Shown: in pieces, positions 18,113 through 27,445 of the stretch
How positions within the stretch are numbered: position 1 is the first letter of the stretch
How the letters are laid out: every line of letters begins with the position of its first letter
Source of the DNA: Candidatus Altimarinota bacterium
GTDB lineage: Bacteria; Patescibacteriota; Gracilibacteria; UBA1369
Reading direction: 5' to 3'
DNA: 64,000 nucleotides
Assembly: GCA_963677745.1 (NCBI GenBank)
Contig: OY782391.1
Span: forward strand, 1,152,001-1,216,000
The notes under the pieces: generated by a model
The model's input: the letters and a program-made list of their open reading frames with translations, nothing else
Database searches by the model: none
Told to the model about the DNA's origin: nothing
Made by a program: the position numbers and the translations under genes

Positions 18113-18973
18113 CTATGAGCAATCATTAAGCCCTCCATGCACGAGCTCATGATGCCCCCGACAAAGTGGTCGTAAATTCGCCGGATCCTGTCCGCCTCCG
18201 AAAGCGAACTCCCGCAGATGATGCAGATGATCAGCCCGCCGCCCGCAACCCCCCGCCGAACATTTGTCACCATGTTTCTCAAAAACCAATCGTTTCACAA
18301 CTGCCGGCACATATCTGGACCGGTCTTTCAGTTCATGTTCCATCTTTTCCTGAACCTGCAGCTCCTCAGCAGCGATTTCCTGCCCCCTTTTTTCCAGCAT
18401 TTCTTTCAGCAACTGATTCAGATCCAGTCCTTTCCGTTTCAGTTCATGCAGTTTTTCCGCCACCTGCTCGCTGATGCCGAGCTCAGCCAAAGTTTTTTGA
18501 GTGGCGCTACTATAATTCACCAATGCTATGGGGGCATTGATGTCCTGTGCGCACAGACTTTTAGTGGCGGATTTAGTTTCCGGCAAGCCATTCTCAGTTT
18601 TGATTTCTTTCACTTTTATATCCAAAGCTGCATAAGTGAGCTGCCTGGCCATTTGTAAAACCTCAGCGGAATTTTCAGCAGTTGCCACTGCCGCCACCCG
18701 TGCCAGTTTTCCGGCACTAACTTCTCCGGTTACCAACGCCTCGTGCAGCAGAGGCATTTCGGCAAACCGCTGCTCCAGCCGCAATACTTCATCCACCTGT
18801 TCATGGCTGAGTCCTCCTAGGCGTGCCGCAAACTCGTAAATTGACGCAAATCCCCGCCGCTCCCACAGCCCACGCCGTCTCACCTCTGGTAACAACCCGG
18901 CAAACCGGCGGCGCGCCTTCAACGCCACCCGCCCCCACTTTTTACATAATCTGTACAGTTGTTTGTCGGTCAT
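18113..18973 (-). CDS. HNH endonuclease with DUF222-like helical N-terminus
   Basis: RYVPA.VKR.V....CxxxxC...HLHH...GG..D.ANL.PLCRGHHELVH; N-terminal GF.SIYEFA..L..GEVS..K. Confidence 0.85.
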   Translation of the reverse strand: MTDKQLYRLCKKWGRVALKARRRFAGLLPEVRRRGLWERRGFASIYEFAARLGGLSHEQVDEVLRLEQRFAEMPLLHEALVTGEVSAGKLARVAAVATAENSAEVLQMARQLTYAALDIKVKEIKTENGLPETKSATKSLCAQDINAPIALVNYSSATQKTLAELGISEQVAEKLHELKRKGLDLNQLLKEMLEKRGQEIAAEELQVQEKMEHELKDRSRYVPAVVKRLVFEKHGDKCSAGGCGRRADHLHHLREFAFGGGQDPANLRPLCRGHHELVHGGLNDCS

Positions 18974-19025
18974 AATAGTGAAAATATTATGTTGTTAGAC
19001 AGCCGAATATTAGCAGAAATAAGCC

Positions 19026-19050
19026 AAAAACGCCACCGGGACGGGTGGCG
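19026..19050 (-). terminator. Intrinsic terminator
   Basis: cgccacc-cgtccc-ggtggcg stem plus TTTTT on the minus strand. Confidence 0.65.
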
Positions 19051-19288
19051 GAGGTCTGTCAAGTTGTGGTGGGAATATATTTTAAAACAGCTGTGGGAAG
19101 CCAAAACCGCTGTGAGATATTCCGAAGCGCCCAACGTGCTGATGTCGTAATCAATTTCGTATAACTCCCAATCCCACAGTACGTGAAGGGCGCAACGAGG
19201 TTAAAGTGTGCAAAAAATGCCAAACTGCGCGGGCATTTAAGTGAAGCCACAGCCCGGATGACTAGGCAATGTTGCGCGAAAAACTTTC

Positions 19289-19549
19289 TTAATATTTCTT
19301 CTTAATTTGCATGCCACGTTCTCTTATTCCTCCCAGGGCACACCATATTGCTGCTTCGCATGCAGACTGACTTTCTTCCACCAGATCACCGTTAGAATTT
19401 AGGGAAAATATTGCATTGCTGAGGCAGGCAAGAACGGACTTTAATTTGCCATCACAATTGCAAATTTCTTCTGAGTTAGCCTGTGTTTGTAATGACCTGC
19501 TAAGATCATTTTCAACGCTAACTTTTACTCCTTCAAAATTTTCTTTCAT
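19289..19549 (-). CDS. Small hypothetical protein
   Basis: 86-aa ORF with ATG start, AT-rich, no recognisable motif. Confidence 0.4.
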   Translation of the reverse strand: MKENFEGVKVSVENDLSRSLQTQANSEEICNCDGKLKSVLACLSNAIFSLNSNGDLVEESQSACEAAIWCALGGIRERGMQIKKKY

Positions 19550-19635
19550 AGGGGCTTTAAGTTAATAGCGTCGAAAATAACATAAAACAAAGAGTAAGTC
19601 AAGGACTCTCCAATTTCTATATTCCCTTCTCACTC

Positions 19636-20649
19636 CTAATACCCCCTCCTGATTCTTCTCACCGTCTCCACCACAAAATTGAACCAGTATTTGGCGGTCA
19701 GCGGCTTGTCCTGACAGTGCAGAAGTGCCTTTCCGGTGCCGCCAAACCCCTGCTTGAAAAAACTCAGACCCGACCAGGGATGTTTGGGAGCGTTCTCCAC
19801 CACGCCCCAGAAATTGTAGCGGGGCAGCCCGCGCTTTTTGGCCTCCAAAATGGCTTCCCACTGGATCAGATAGGAACCGGGGATGCGGTTGTATTCGGAC
19901 AGGGATGCCCCGTGATGGTAAACACCTTCCTTTCCGTAAAACATGATGATGGCACCGGCGATGATTTTGCCTTCATGCTCGGCCAGATAAATTTTTATCT
20001 CGTCGCGCGGACCGAAAATTTCCAACTGGGCTTTTAGATACTCCCAGGAATAAGGGACAAAATGCTGCCGGCGGGAAGTTTCCAGATGTATTTCATAAAA
20101 TTTCCGCAGCAAATCTTCATCCGCCCCCGATAGAAGTTTAACGCCCATTTTCTGGGCCTGTTTGAGGGCGTAACGGGTGTTTTTGCGCATTTCAAACAGC
20201 AGTTCTTTTTCGGATTTGTTCAGGTCCAGCAGCCACAACAATTCCGGGTGCATCATATGCACGGGAGCGTCCCGAAAACCCAGTTTCTTAAACCAGTCCA
20301 GATGTTGCGGCAGGCCGGTCAGCAGCGGACTGATCCTCAGAAAATCCACGCCCTTTCCGGGAAAATTGTTGGTCAGAAAAGTTGTCAGCAAATCCAGCGT
20401 TTCCAAGTCCAGCGCCGGATAAGGCAGAAAAAAATATTTGCCTCTTTTGGCTTTGAAGAGAATTGCCATGTAAGATGAAAGAATTTCTCCGTTATCATTT
20501 TCCACCAGCATGTACAACGGTTCATTACCAAGTCTGGCCTGCATTTGGCCGTAATCATAGGATTGCAGGAAAGAGATGTTTTCCGGATTCAGCCTGTTTT
20601 GACCCAGCTGATAAAGGGAACTGTCGTTGGTAAGTTTAATCTTCGGCAT
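19636..20649 (-). CDS. FemABX-family peptidoglycan aminoacyl/peptidyl transferase
   Basis: SFLQS, LDL..SE.ELL..MRKNTRY, Y.HGAS, LIQWEAI.EAK..G...YNFWG, GL..FKQGFGG. Confidence 0.9.
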   Translation of the reverse strand: MPKIKLTNDSSLYQLGQNRLNPENISFLQSYDYGQMQARLGNEPLYMLVENDNGEILSSYMAILFKAKRGKYFFLPYPALDLETLDLLTTFLTNNFPGKGVDFLRISPLLTGLPQHLDWFKKLGFRDAPVHMMHPELLWLLDLNKSEKELLFEMRKNTRYALKQAQKMGVKLLSGADEDLLRKFYEIHLETSRRQHFVPYSWEYLKAQLEIFGPRDEIKIYLAEHEGKIIAGAIIMFYGKEGVYHHGASLSEYNRIPGSYLIQWEAILEAKKRGLPRYNFWGVVENAPKHPWSGLSFFKQGFGGTGKALLHCQDKPLTAKYWFNFVVETVRRIRRGY

Positions 20650-21907
20650 ATTGATTTACTAATTTTACGATTTTTTGCCAGTCCCGCTGTTTCAGGGAGT
20701 GATGGGTGGGCAGATTGAGAATGCGGGAATTGATGATTTCACAGTGCGGGCATTGACCGTTTTGATATCCGGTTTTTGACTGATCAACATCCGCCGGTGC
20801 CACCGGCACGCTGTACCAGTCGCCCAGCATCACACCCTGCTTTTTGGCCGCCCGCCTGACCTCCGCCGGATTTTTTATCAGCAGGGGATAGCGCAGAAAG
20901 ATTGCGCCGCCTGCGCCGCCATCGTGCGCGCCGCCCAGATCGGCCGGATTCAGTTTTATTCCTTTTTTCAAATGTTGAAAGTAATAGCGGGCGGCGCGGC
21001 GTCGCTGTTCATTGAATTGATCCAACAGGGACATTTGAATCAGCGCGATTGCCGCCATGGCATTGGCCAGCCGTGACACAAACCTAGCCGGTCGATGGCC
21101 TTTTTTTTCGCCGGGGGTAACCTCCAGATTAACCAGTTTCAGTTTCTGACTTGCCACGATCAGTGCTTTCCCCAAACCGATTGAGTATAACAATTTGCCA
21201 AGCGAGAAAATCAGCGGATGTAACAGATTTTGCAAAATCACTCCAGTTCCCCAGTTTTTAAGATGCTTTTCCTGGTCGGTCAGACCGGGAATGAAACTGG
21301 GATTATTGCAGATCACCATCCCGCCGTTAACGCAGGAAATTACTTTCGATCTGCCCAGACTGAAAAAAGCCAGATCACCAAAACTGCCGACCTGCTTTCC
21401 CTCCGCCGTGGCTCCCAGTGAATGGGCGCAGTCCTCAATCAGAATCAAATTTTTCTCACGGCAGATTTTCAGAATTTCCGTAATTTTTCCGGGGACGCCG
21501 AAGGTATGTTGGACTATCACCACTTTGGTTTTTGGAGTGATTTTTTTTCGCAGATCTTCCGGATCCAGATTAAATTGGTCGTCGATATCTGCATAAACAG
21601 GTTTGAGTCCGCTCCAGATGATGGAATTGGTTACCACCATGCAGGTGAAACTTTGCAGCAGTACCTCACTTCCTTGCTCCAGCTTCAGACTGCTCAAAAT
21701 TTGCAGCAGGGCTTCCCGGCCGCTGCCCACCGCCAGCGCATAATCGGCATCGAATTTTTCCCGAAACAGTTGCTCCAGCTTTGCTACGGCGGGGCCTTTT
21801 TTCCAGCGAAACCAGTTCCAGGGAAGCACCAAAAAGGCCAGGGCTGTCATCGTGTCCTTCCAGGTGTTATTGGGGGAAAGAGCGATATGTATGGATTTAT
21901 GGCACAT
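20636..21907 (-). CDS. DegT/DnrJ/EryC1/StrS PLP-dependent aminotransferase
   Basis: SGREAL, FTC.VV, VQHTFG, IEDCAHSLG, FFSLGRSK (PLP Lys), LNLPTH. Confidence 0.9.
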   Translation of the reverse strand: MCHKSIHIALSPNNTWKDTMTALAFLVLPWNWFRWKKGPAVAKLEQLFREKFDADYALAVGSGREALLQILSSLKLEQGSEVLLQSFTCMVVTNSIIWSGLKPVYADIDDQFNLDPEDLRKKITPKTKVVIVQHTFGVPGKITEILKICREKNLILIEDCAHSLGATAEGKQVGSFGDLAFFSLGRSKVISCVNGGMVICNNPSFIPGLTDQEKHLKNWGTGVILQNLLHPLIFSLGKLLYSIGLGKALIVASQKLKLVNLEVTPGEKKGHRPARFVSRLANAMAAIALIQMSLLDQFNEQRRRAARYYFQHLKKGIKLNPADLGGAHDGGAGGAIFLRYPLLIKNPAEVRRAAKKQGVMLGDWYSVPVAPADVDQSKTGYQNGQCPHCEIINSRILNLPTHHSLKQRDWQKIVKLVNQYAED

Positions 21908-23561
21908 TTTGCAGTTTCTTTAAAACCTGTTCGCTGCCGCGGCTGATGAATAACACCACACTTTTTTTCTGGGCCAGCCGGTCGCGCAGACTGATCAGTA
22001 ACTTTTTCTGGTCATTTACTATGAATTCAAAATTCTGATATTTTTTATCTCGCATGGCGGCACGGAGGGGTCTGCCAAAATCATGGGAGGTGAAATAAGC
22101 AAAGTCGCAAACCTCGGCGATTTTTTTGCCGACTTTTTCATGTTCCTCATAGGTCATTTTGCCCAGCTCCAGCATTCCCGGGAAAATAATGATTTTTTGC
22201 CAGTCAGTGTAGGTATTCAGATAATTCAGCGCTGCTATTACGCCGTCCGGATTGGCATTGTAGGTATCGTCAATAATGGACAGCTCGGGAGTGGGGTTCA
22301 GCACGGAGAGAGTGTGTTCCCGCAATTTGACCTTTTTGACCTCGGGCGCCATTTCTTCCAGAGTCAGTCCCAATTCCAATCCAACCGCCAACGCTCCAAG
22401 CAGATTACTCAAGTTATGCAGGCCGGGTACCGGGGCAAAAAATTGTATCCCTTCCACTTTGAATTCCAATCCTTCACGGGTTTCCTTAATTGCGGTTGCC
22501 TGCAAGTTGGCATCGGGATGTTCCCCGTAAGTCACAATTTTGGCCAGATTGAGCATTTTGGCGCGTCGGGAAAGGTCATGTGCGCCTTCATTACCGATAT
22601 TGAACATTGCCGTCCCGAATTCCGGCAGGCTTTCAATCAGCTCAAACTTGGCTGCCTTGATGTTTTCCAGGGAACCGAAAAGTGCCAGATGGCTGTCTTT
22701 CACGGCTGTTACCACGGCGATGCGGGGAGCAACCATCCGGCAGATCTTCTGAATTTCACCCTTTTTATAGGCGCCTGCTTCCACAATAAATATTTCGTGT
22801 TCCGGTTTCAGGTTTTTTAGAACAATCCTGGCCACGCCGATTTCCGTATTGGTGTTACCAGGAGTTTTTAGAACTTTAAATTTTGAGCTTAAAATCTGGG
22901 CCAGAAATTCTTTGGTACTGCTTTTGCCATAGCTGCCGGTAATACCAATCACCTTGAGGCCCTGCAGCCGGGCGATCTTACGCTTGGCCCTGGACAGTAC
23001 CAGTGTTTTCGAAAGCAGAGTGATCGGATAAAAAAACAAAATTACCAGGGCGTTGATAAAGGGCGTCAGCAGACTGAAAAAGGCCAATACCGGCAGGAAC
23101 ACCAGTGCCTGGCCGGGAGCCAGAATCAACCAGACCGGGTACGCCAGGGAACCGGCCAATGTGATCAGCACAATCAGATAAGCCTTGGCGGTCAAATCCG
23201 GCCGGTACAACCGGTGCTGCAGAAAACGAAAGGATGCGTTGAAAATTTCGGCAAAACAGAGAATCAAAGTCAGAAAATAAATATTGCACCACAGCTGGCT
23301 CATTGTATCCAAAGCCTGTATCTGATCTCTAACCAGCAGCGGTATGAACAGGTAACCCGAAAGCGAGACCAGCAAAAGCAGCAGTCTGCCCCACCAGAAT
23401 ATGTTAAAAAAGCGGCTCCGACCAGACGGAGTGCGCAGAAAATCCCTGAGACGGTCCCAGCGGTACTCTTTCAGTTGCCAGAAATAAGTATAATAGAGTG
23501 TGGAATTTATAATCGACCCCAGAATTATTATAAAAATCAGATTGTTGATCAGATTTTGCAT
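21897..23561 (-). CDS. murF: UDP-MurNAc-tripeptide--D-Ala-D-Ala ligase with N-terminal membrane domain
   Basis: GITGSYGKSSTKE, NTEIG, VEAGAYKKGEI, H...FG, IDDTYNANP, PGMLELG; QLKEYR motif and several TMs at the N-terminus. Confidence 0.85.
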   Translation of the reverse strand: MQNLINNLIFIIILGSIINSTLYYTYFWQLKEYRWDRLRDFLRTPSGRSRFFNIFWWGRLLLLLVSLSGYLFIPLLVRDQIQALDTMSQLWCNIYFLTLILCFAEIFNASFRFLQHRLYRPDLTAKAYLIVLITLAGSLAYPVWLILAPGQALVFLPVLAFFSLLTPFINALVILFFYPITLLSKTLVLSRAKRKIARLQGLKVIGITGSYGKSSTKEFLAQILSSKFKVLKTPGNTNTEIGVARIVLKNLKPEHEIFIVEAGAYKKGEIQKICRMVAPRIAVVTAVKDSHLALFGSLENIKAAKFELIESLPEFGTAMFNIGNEGAHDLSRRAKMLNLAKIVTYGEHPDANLQATAIKETREGLEFKVEGIQFFAPVPGLHNLSNLLGALAVGLELGLTLEEMAPEVKKVKLREHTLSVLNPTPELSIIDDTYNANPDGVIAALNYLNTYTDWQKIIIFPGMLELGKMTYEEHEKVGKKIAEVCDFAYFTSHDFGRPLRAAMRDKKYQNFEFIVNDQKKLLISLRDRLAQKKSVVLFISRGSEQVLKKLQNVP

Positions 23562-24374
23562 TTATTTTCTTAAAAAATCGGCGATGTGGGGAGCCAGCAT
23601 GGCGGCGTGGGTTTTATGTATGCCGTGTCTGCCGTCGGGTACGGTGATCAGTTGGCTGCCCAGAATGTATTTGTGCATCATCAGACCGTCGGAATAGGGA
23701 ACATAAGAATCTTTTTTGCCCCAGATCACCAGAGCGGGATTTTTGACGTGGGAAATGGAAGCGGCCAAATCCTCATCAATAATTTTTAGAAAAGTTTCCC
23801 TCATAATACCGGTGCTTTTTTCGTAATCGTGGGATTTGAGGATTCTATAAAGAATTTTTTGGGCGGCCGGGGCCAGTTTTTTCAGCACCGGCAGTTTCAT
23901 AACGCGTTTTCCCGCCTTGGCCGCCACCCCGGCCGCCCGCAGCCGCATCGAGGGCTGATGTTTTACTCCAGCCGCAGCAATCAGTACCAGTTTATCGGGC
24001 CTTTCCGTTATCTGGTGTTCAAAATCGGTGGACAATAATTTCAGAGCCACCCGGCCTCCGAATGAATGTACTGCCAAATCGTAATTGCCGGACCAGTCAA
24101 ATTCCCGGTAGCAGCCGGCCACCAGTTTTTCAAAAAAATGAGCATAATCCGAAACTCCCCAGGGACGAACGGGTTCCTCGCTTTCTCCGAAACCGGGAAA
24201 ATCCAGCGCCACCAGCGATCTTTCCTCGTCGATACCCAGCTTTTCCAGCTCAGCAGTCAGTTTTCCCCAGGATTCCTTGGTGCCGCCCCAGCCATGCAGA
24301 AAAAAAAGCGGTTCACCTTTCCCCGTTAATGTCAGAGCAACTGTTCTTCCGTCAATATTAATAAGCTTTTTCAT
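23562..24374 (-). CDS. Alpha/beta hydrolase
   Basis: LHGWG, DFPGFGES, VHSFGG nucleophile elbow, WG..D..VP, GRH. Confidence 0.9.
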   Translation of the reverse strand: MKKLINIDGRTVALTLTGKGEPLFFLHGWGGTKESWGKLTAELEKLGIDEERSLVALDFPGFGESEEPVRPWGVSDYAHFFEKLVAGCYREFDWSGNYDLAVHSFGGRVALKLLSTDFEHQITERPDKLVLIAAAGVKHQPSMRLRAAGVAAKAGKRVMKLPVLKKLAPAAQKILYRILKSHDYEKSTGIMRETFLKIIDEDLAASISHVKNPALVIWGKKDSYVPYSDGLMMHKYILGSQLITVPDGRHGIHKTHAAMLAPHIADFLRK

Positions 24375-24477
24375 ACTGGCCTGCCCTTATAAAATTTCCG
24401 ACGGGCATGTGTATTGTAAATGAAATTGGAAATTCTGCAAAAAAATGCTAAATTTGGCCCGCCATAACACCCTAAAA

Positions 24478-25152
24478 ATGATTGAACAGGAAAATATCCA
24501 GGTCCGTGCCGCATTCGGCCCGACTTTCATGTCCAAAGTATACTTCTTTTTTGGCTTGGCGGTCGCGGTATCCACTGCCGGCGCCTACCTGGGGCTCAAC
24601 TACCTGGTTAAATATTTCGTTACTTCACCCGCACTCACTTACGGCTTGATTATTGCCGAATTGGCTCTGATCCTGACTTCCGGCTGGTGGAGCAGGACCC
24701 GTCCCCTCAATTATCTGCTGTTTTCCCTTTTCGCGCTGGTTACAGGGCTGACACTGGTGCCCATTCTGGCTTATTTCTCCCTCTCCAGCGGGGGCATGGA
24801 TTTGCTCATTAAAGCGCTTACCGCCACCGCCCTGATGTTCGGCGCCTGCGCGATTTTCGGACAGACCACCCATTATAATCTGCAGGGATTGGGAGGATTC
24901 CTGATGATGTCCCTTTTGGGCATGATTATCGTCGGCCTGGTGGGGATGTTTTTGCCCTGGAGCAACACCTTTGAGATGATTTATTCCGGAATCGGGGTGG
25001 TAATTTTCAGCGGATATACCATGTATGACATTCAAAGACTGAAAACCTATCCGGAAGACCGCTATATTGACGCCGCACTGCAATTGTATCTGGATATTTT
25101 CAATTTGTTCCTGTACATCCTGAGACTACTGAGCGCACTCAACCGCCGTTAG
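24478..25152 (+). CDS. Bax inhibitor-1/YccA family membrane protein
   Basis: FMSKVY, 7 TMs, YTMYDIQRL, AAL.LYLDIFNLF..ILRL; ATG 24478 preferred. Confidence 0.92.
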   Translation: MIEQENIQVRAAFGPTFMSKVYFFFGLAVAVSTAGAYLGLNYLVKYFVTSPALTYGLIIAELALILTSGWWSRTRPLNYLLFSLFALVTGLTLVPILAYFSLSSGGMDLLIKALTATALMFGACAIFGQTTHYNLQGLGGFLMMSLLGMIIVGLVGMFLPWSNTFEMIYSGIGVVIFSGYTMYDIQRLKTYPEDRYIDAALQLYLDIFNLFLYILRLLSALNRR

Positions 25153-25163
25153 TAAACAACCAT

Positions 25164-25721
25164 ATGATTAAAGACATCACCTCAATTAAAATCGGGCCGG
25201 TTTGGAATGGCGGCCGCGGGGCCACCTATAAGGAGGAAATCGAGGCCGTGGCCGACTTCGGTCCCGATCTGAAATTGGACGAACCAATCACCGCGCAGCT
25301 GATGCTGATCAGAATGAAAAACGGCATTACCGTGGTTATAAGTGATCTGCAAACCGGTCTGGCCGCGACCTGTGCCCGCTGTCTGGATAAGTTTTCCCAG
25401 TCCATCGAAATAGCCTCCACCGAGGCGCACTTTTATGAGGAACCTCCCAAAAAAGATTTTGATTTACTGGAAGTTAATTTTATCAGGACACAGGATATGT
25501 CGATCGACCTTACTGAAGCCCTGCGGCAAGAAATAATCTTGCATTTTCCAATGATTCCAGTATGCTCTGAGCGCTGTCGGGGGCTATGTGAGTCATGTCG
25601 GGTTAACCTCAACCATTCCCCGCATAGCAAGGATTGCCGGCGGGAAAAAGAGCCCGAGGAAAAACCGGAAACCGACCAAAACCGCCCTTTCGCACATTTG
25701 AAAGATTTGCTAAACAAATAG
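25164..25721 (+). CDS. yceD: DUF177/YceD family protein
   Basis: CARCL, IDL...LRQEI.L..PM..CSE.C.GLC..C, RPFA.LKDLL; directly upstream of rpmF. Confidence 0.88.
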   Translation: MIKDITSIKIGPVWNGGRGATYKEEIEAVADFGPDLKLDEPITAQLMLIRMKNGITVVISDLQTGLAATCARCLDKFSQSIEIASTEAHFYEEPPKKDFDLLEVNFIRTQDMSIDLTEALRQEIILHFPMIPVCSERCRGLCESCRVNLNHSPHSKDCRREKEPEEKPETDQNRPFAHLKDLLNK

Positions 25722-25746
25722 TATCAAATATTAATTATTTAAAGTT

Positions 25747-25938
25747 ATGGCCAAGCATCCAGTACCAAAGTACAAGATGACCAAGAGCCGCTCGAAGTCC
25801 AGGCACAGCACTTTCATGTCCAGGACCAGAGTGAAGCTCACCGGAGTTGTTGATAAGATGAAAAATCTTGAGTTAAAAGGAGCCCTGAAACTGCGCGAAA
25901 AGACCAAGAAAGCAGTTGTCAAAAAGGTTAAGGCTTAG
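25747..25938 (+). CDS. rpmF: 50S ribosomal protein L32 (no Zn-binding Cys)
   Basis: PVPK.K.TKSRS..RH N-terminal motif; synteny after yceD. Confidence 0.75.
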   Translation: MAKHPVPKYKMTKSRSKSRHSTFMSRTRVKLTGVVDKMKNLELKGALKLREKTKKAVVKKVKA

Positions 25939-25970
25939 TCAAAAAACGACTGGGAAATAGGCAGAGAGTC

Positions 25971-25979
25971 TGCTATAAT
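25971..25979 (+). promoter_or_regulatory. Extended -10 promoter for nusB-rnc
   Basis: TGCTATAAT, perfect TGnTATAAT, 32 bp before the ATG. Confidence 0.6.
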
Positions 25980-26011
25980 CACAAGATACTTAACAACTTA
26001 CTCGAGCCCCT

Positions 26012-26491
26012 ATGGCAAGCTACAGGCATCTGGCCAGAATCGCCGTCATGCAGACTTTGTTCGCTTACGAATTCCGTAACGAACTGGTAAAGCCTGATCT
26101 GGAATCGAATTGCCGGGAATTTTCTGATAAACTGACCGATTTAAGTTTCGCCCGGGAAATACTGGAGGGCGTGCTTAAGCATAAGAAGGAAATCCGGGAT
26201 ATCATCGGCAAAGAAGCCCCCGAATGGCCTTTTGAAAGAATAGCTTTGGCCGATCGCGTAATTCTGGAAATGGGCATTTATGAGATTATCTTTTCCCCGG
26301 ATGTGCCACCGGTGGTGGCCATCAACGAAGCCATCGAAATCTCCAAGGTTTTCGGAGACCTCAACAGCAGCAAATTCATCAATGGGGTGCTCAGTACCAT
26401 CATGAATAAATATCCCCACATTATTGAGGGGAAAAAATTAAAAAAAGAAAAGAAAGTTAAATCGGCTAAAAAAGACAAGCATGCTGGCTGA
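26012..26491 (+). CDS. nusB: Transcription antitermination factor NusB
   Basis: RHLAR..VMQ.LF, WP.ERI..ADR.IL, VAINEAIEISK.FG...S.KFINGVL. Confidence 0.95.
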   Translation: MASYRHLARIAVMQTLFAYEFRNELVKPDLESNCREFSDKLTDLSFAREILEGVLKHKKEIRDIIGKEAPEWPFERIALADRVILEMGIYEIIFSPDVPPVVAINEAIEISKVFGDLNSSKFINGVLSTIMNKYPHIIEGKKLKKEKKVKSAKKDKHAG

Positions 26492-27200
26492 AAGATACAA
26501 AGCTTTGATCGAACAACTTGACCTGAGTTTCAATAATCTGGAACTTTTGGATTTGGCCTTTGTGCATAAATCCTATCTCAACGAGCATCGCGATCTTAAG
26601 ATTGCCCATAACGAGCGTCTGGAATTTTTGGGTGATGCCGTGCTGGAATTGATTGTCACCGATTATCTCTATAAAAAATATCCGGAGCATGAGGAAGGCG
26701 ATCTGACCAACTGGAGATCTGCTCTGGTAAAGGGCAAACATCTGGCGGAAATCGCCATCGAGCTGGAGCTGGGCGTCTATTTGTATTTGAGCAGGGGAGA
26801 GGAACGTTCCGGCGGACGGAAGAAAAATTATATTTTGGCCAATACGCTGGAAGCTTTGATTGGAGCCGTTTATCTGGATCAGGGCTATCAGGGAGCCGAT
26901 AGTTTTGCCGGTAAATTTATTCTGGGCCGGCTGGATCAGATACTGGAAAAAGGTTTGCATATAGATGCCAAATCCCGCTTTCAGGAAATTGCCCAGGAAC
27001 TTTTGGGGGTGACGCCGGATTATATTTTCATCTCGGAAACCGGACCCGATCACAACAAAAATTTCACTATGGGACTGTTTCTGGGAAAAGAAAAAATTTC
27101 CGAAGGACAGGGGTCGAGCAAACAAAAAGCCGAACAGGAGGCGGCGGTTAACGGGCTAAAAGCCAAAAACTGGGAACATATTCAGTTGACCACCGATTGA
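26481..27200 (+). CDS. rnc: Ribonuclease III
   Basis: HNERLEFLGDAVL signature, EALIGAVYLD, dsRBD with G.G.SKQ.AEQEAA. Confidence 0.97.
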   Translation: MLAERYKALIEQLDLSFNNLELLDLAFVHKSYLNEHRDLKIAHNERLEFLGDAVLELIVTDYLYKKYPEHEEGDLTNWRSALVKGKHLAEIAIELELGVYLYLSRGEERSGGRKKNYILANTLEALIGAVYLDQGYQGADSFAGKFILGRLDQILEKGLHIDAKSRFQEIAQELLGVTPDYIFISETGPDHNKNFTMGLFLGKEKISEGQGSSKQKAEQEAAVNGLKAKNWEHIQLTTD

Positions 27201-27346
27201 GTATTGACCGGAGCCGGTGCTATGGCAGTCCGGTTGTTTTTATCGGCCCAATACCAGACTGAAAAAATTACAGCCGCCACCAGGACAATGAGAAGCAGCT
27301 TCAAGCCAAATTGCCGGTTTCTTTGTTTTTGGGAAGTGCTGGACAT
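27182..27346 (-). CDS. Small single-TM hypothetical protein
   Basis: ATG 27346; basic N-terminus plus TM LLLIVLVAAVIFSVWYW; overlaps the rnc 3' end. Confidence 0.45.
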   Translation of the reverse strand: MSSTSQKQRNRQFGLKLLLIVLVAAVIFSVWYWADKNNRTAIAPAPVNTQSVVN

Positions 27347-27445
27347 ATTATTAATAGTTAACTGACACCAGATTAGCACAATATTTCCAGTTGGCAAAAT
27401 CACCGGAAAAAACATATTATTCAGTTAACAGATCTATCAATTTTT

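Noticed and set aside
18113-18973. IscB/Cas9-like RNA-guided nuclease
   Set aside because: No PLMP or RuvC motifs and no CRISPR array; the architecture fits DUF222-HNH
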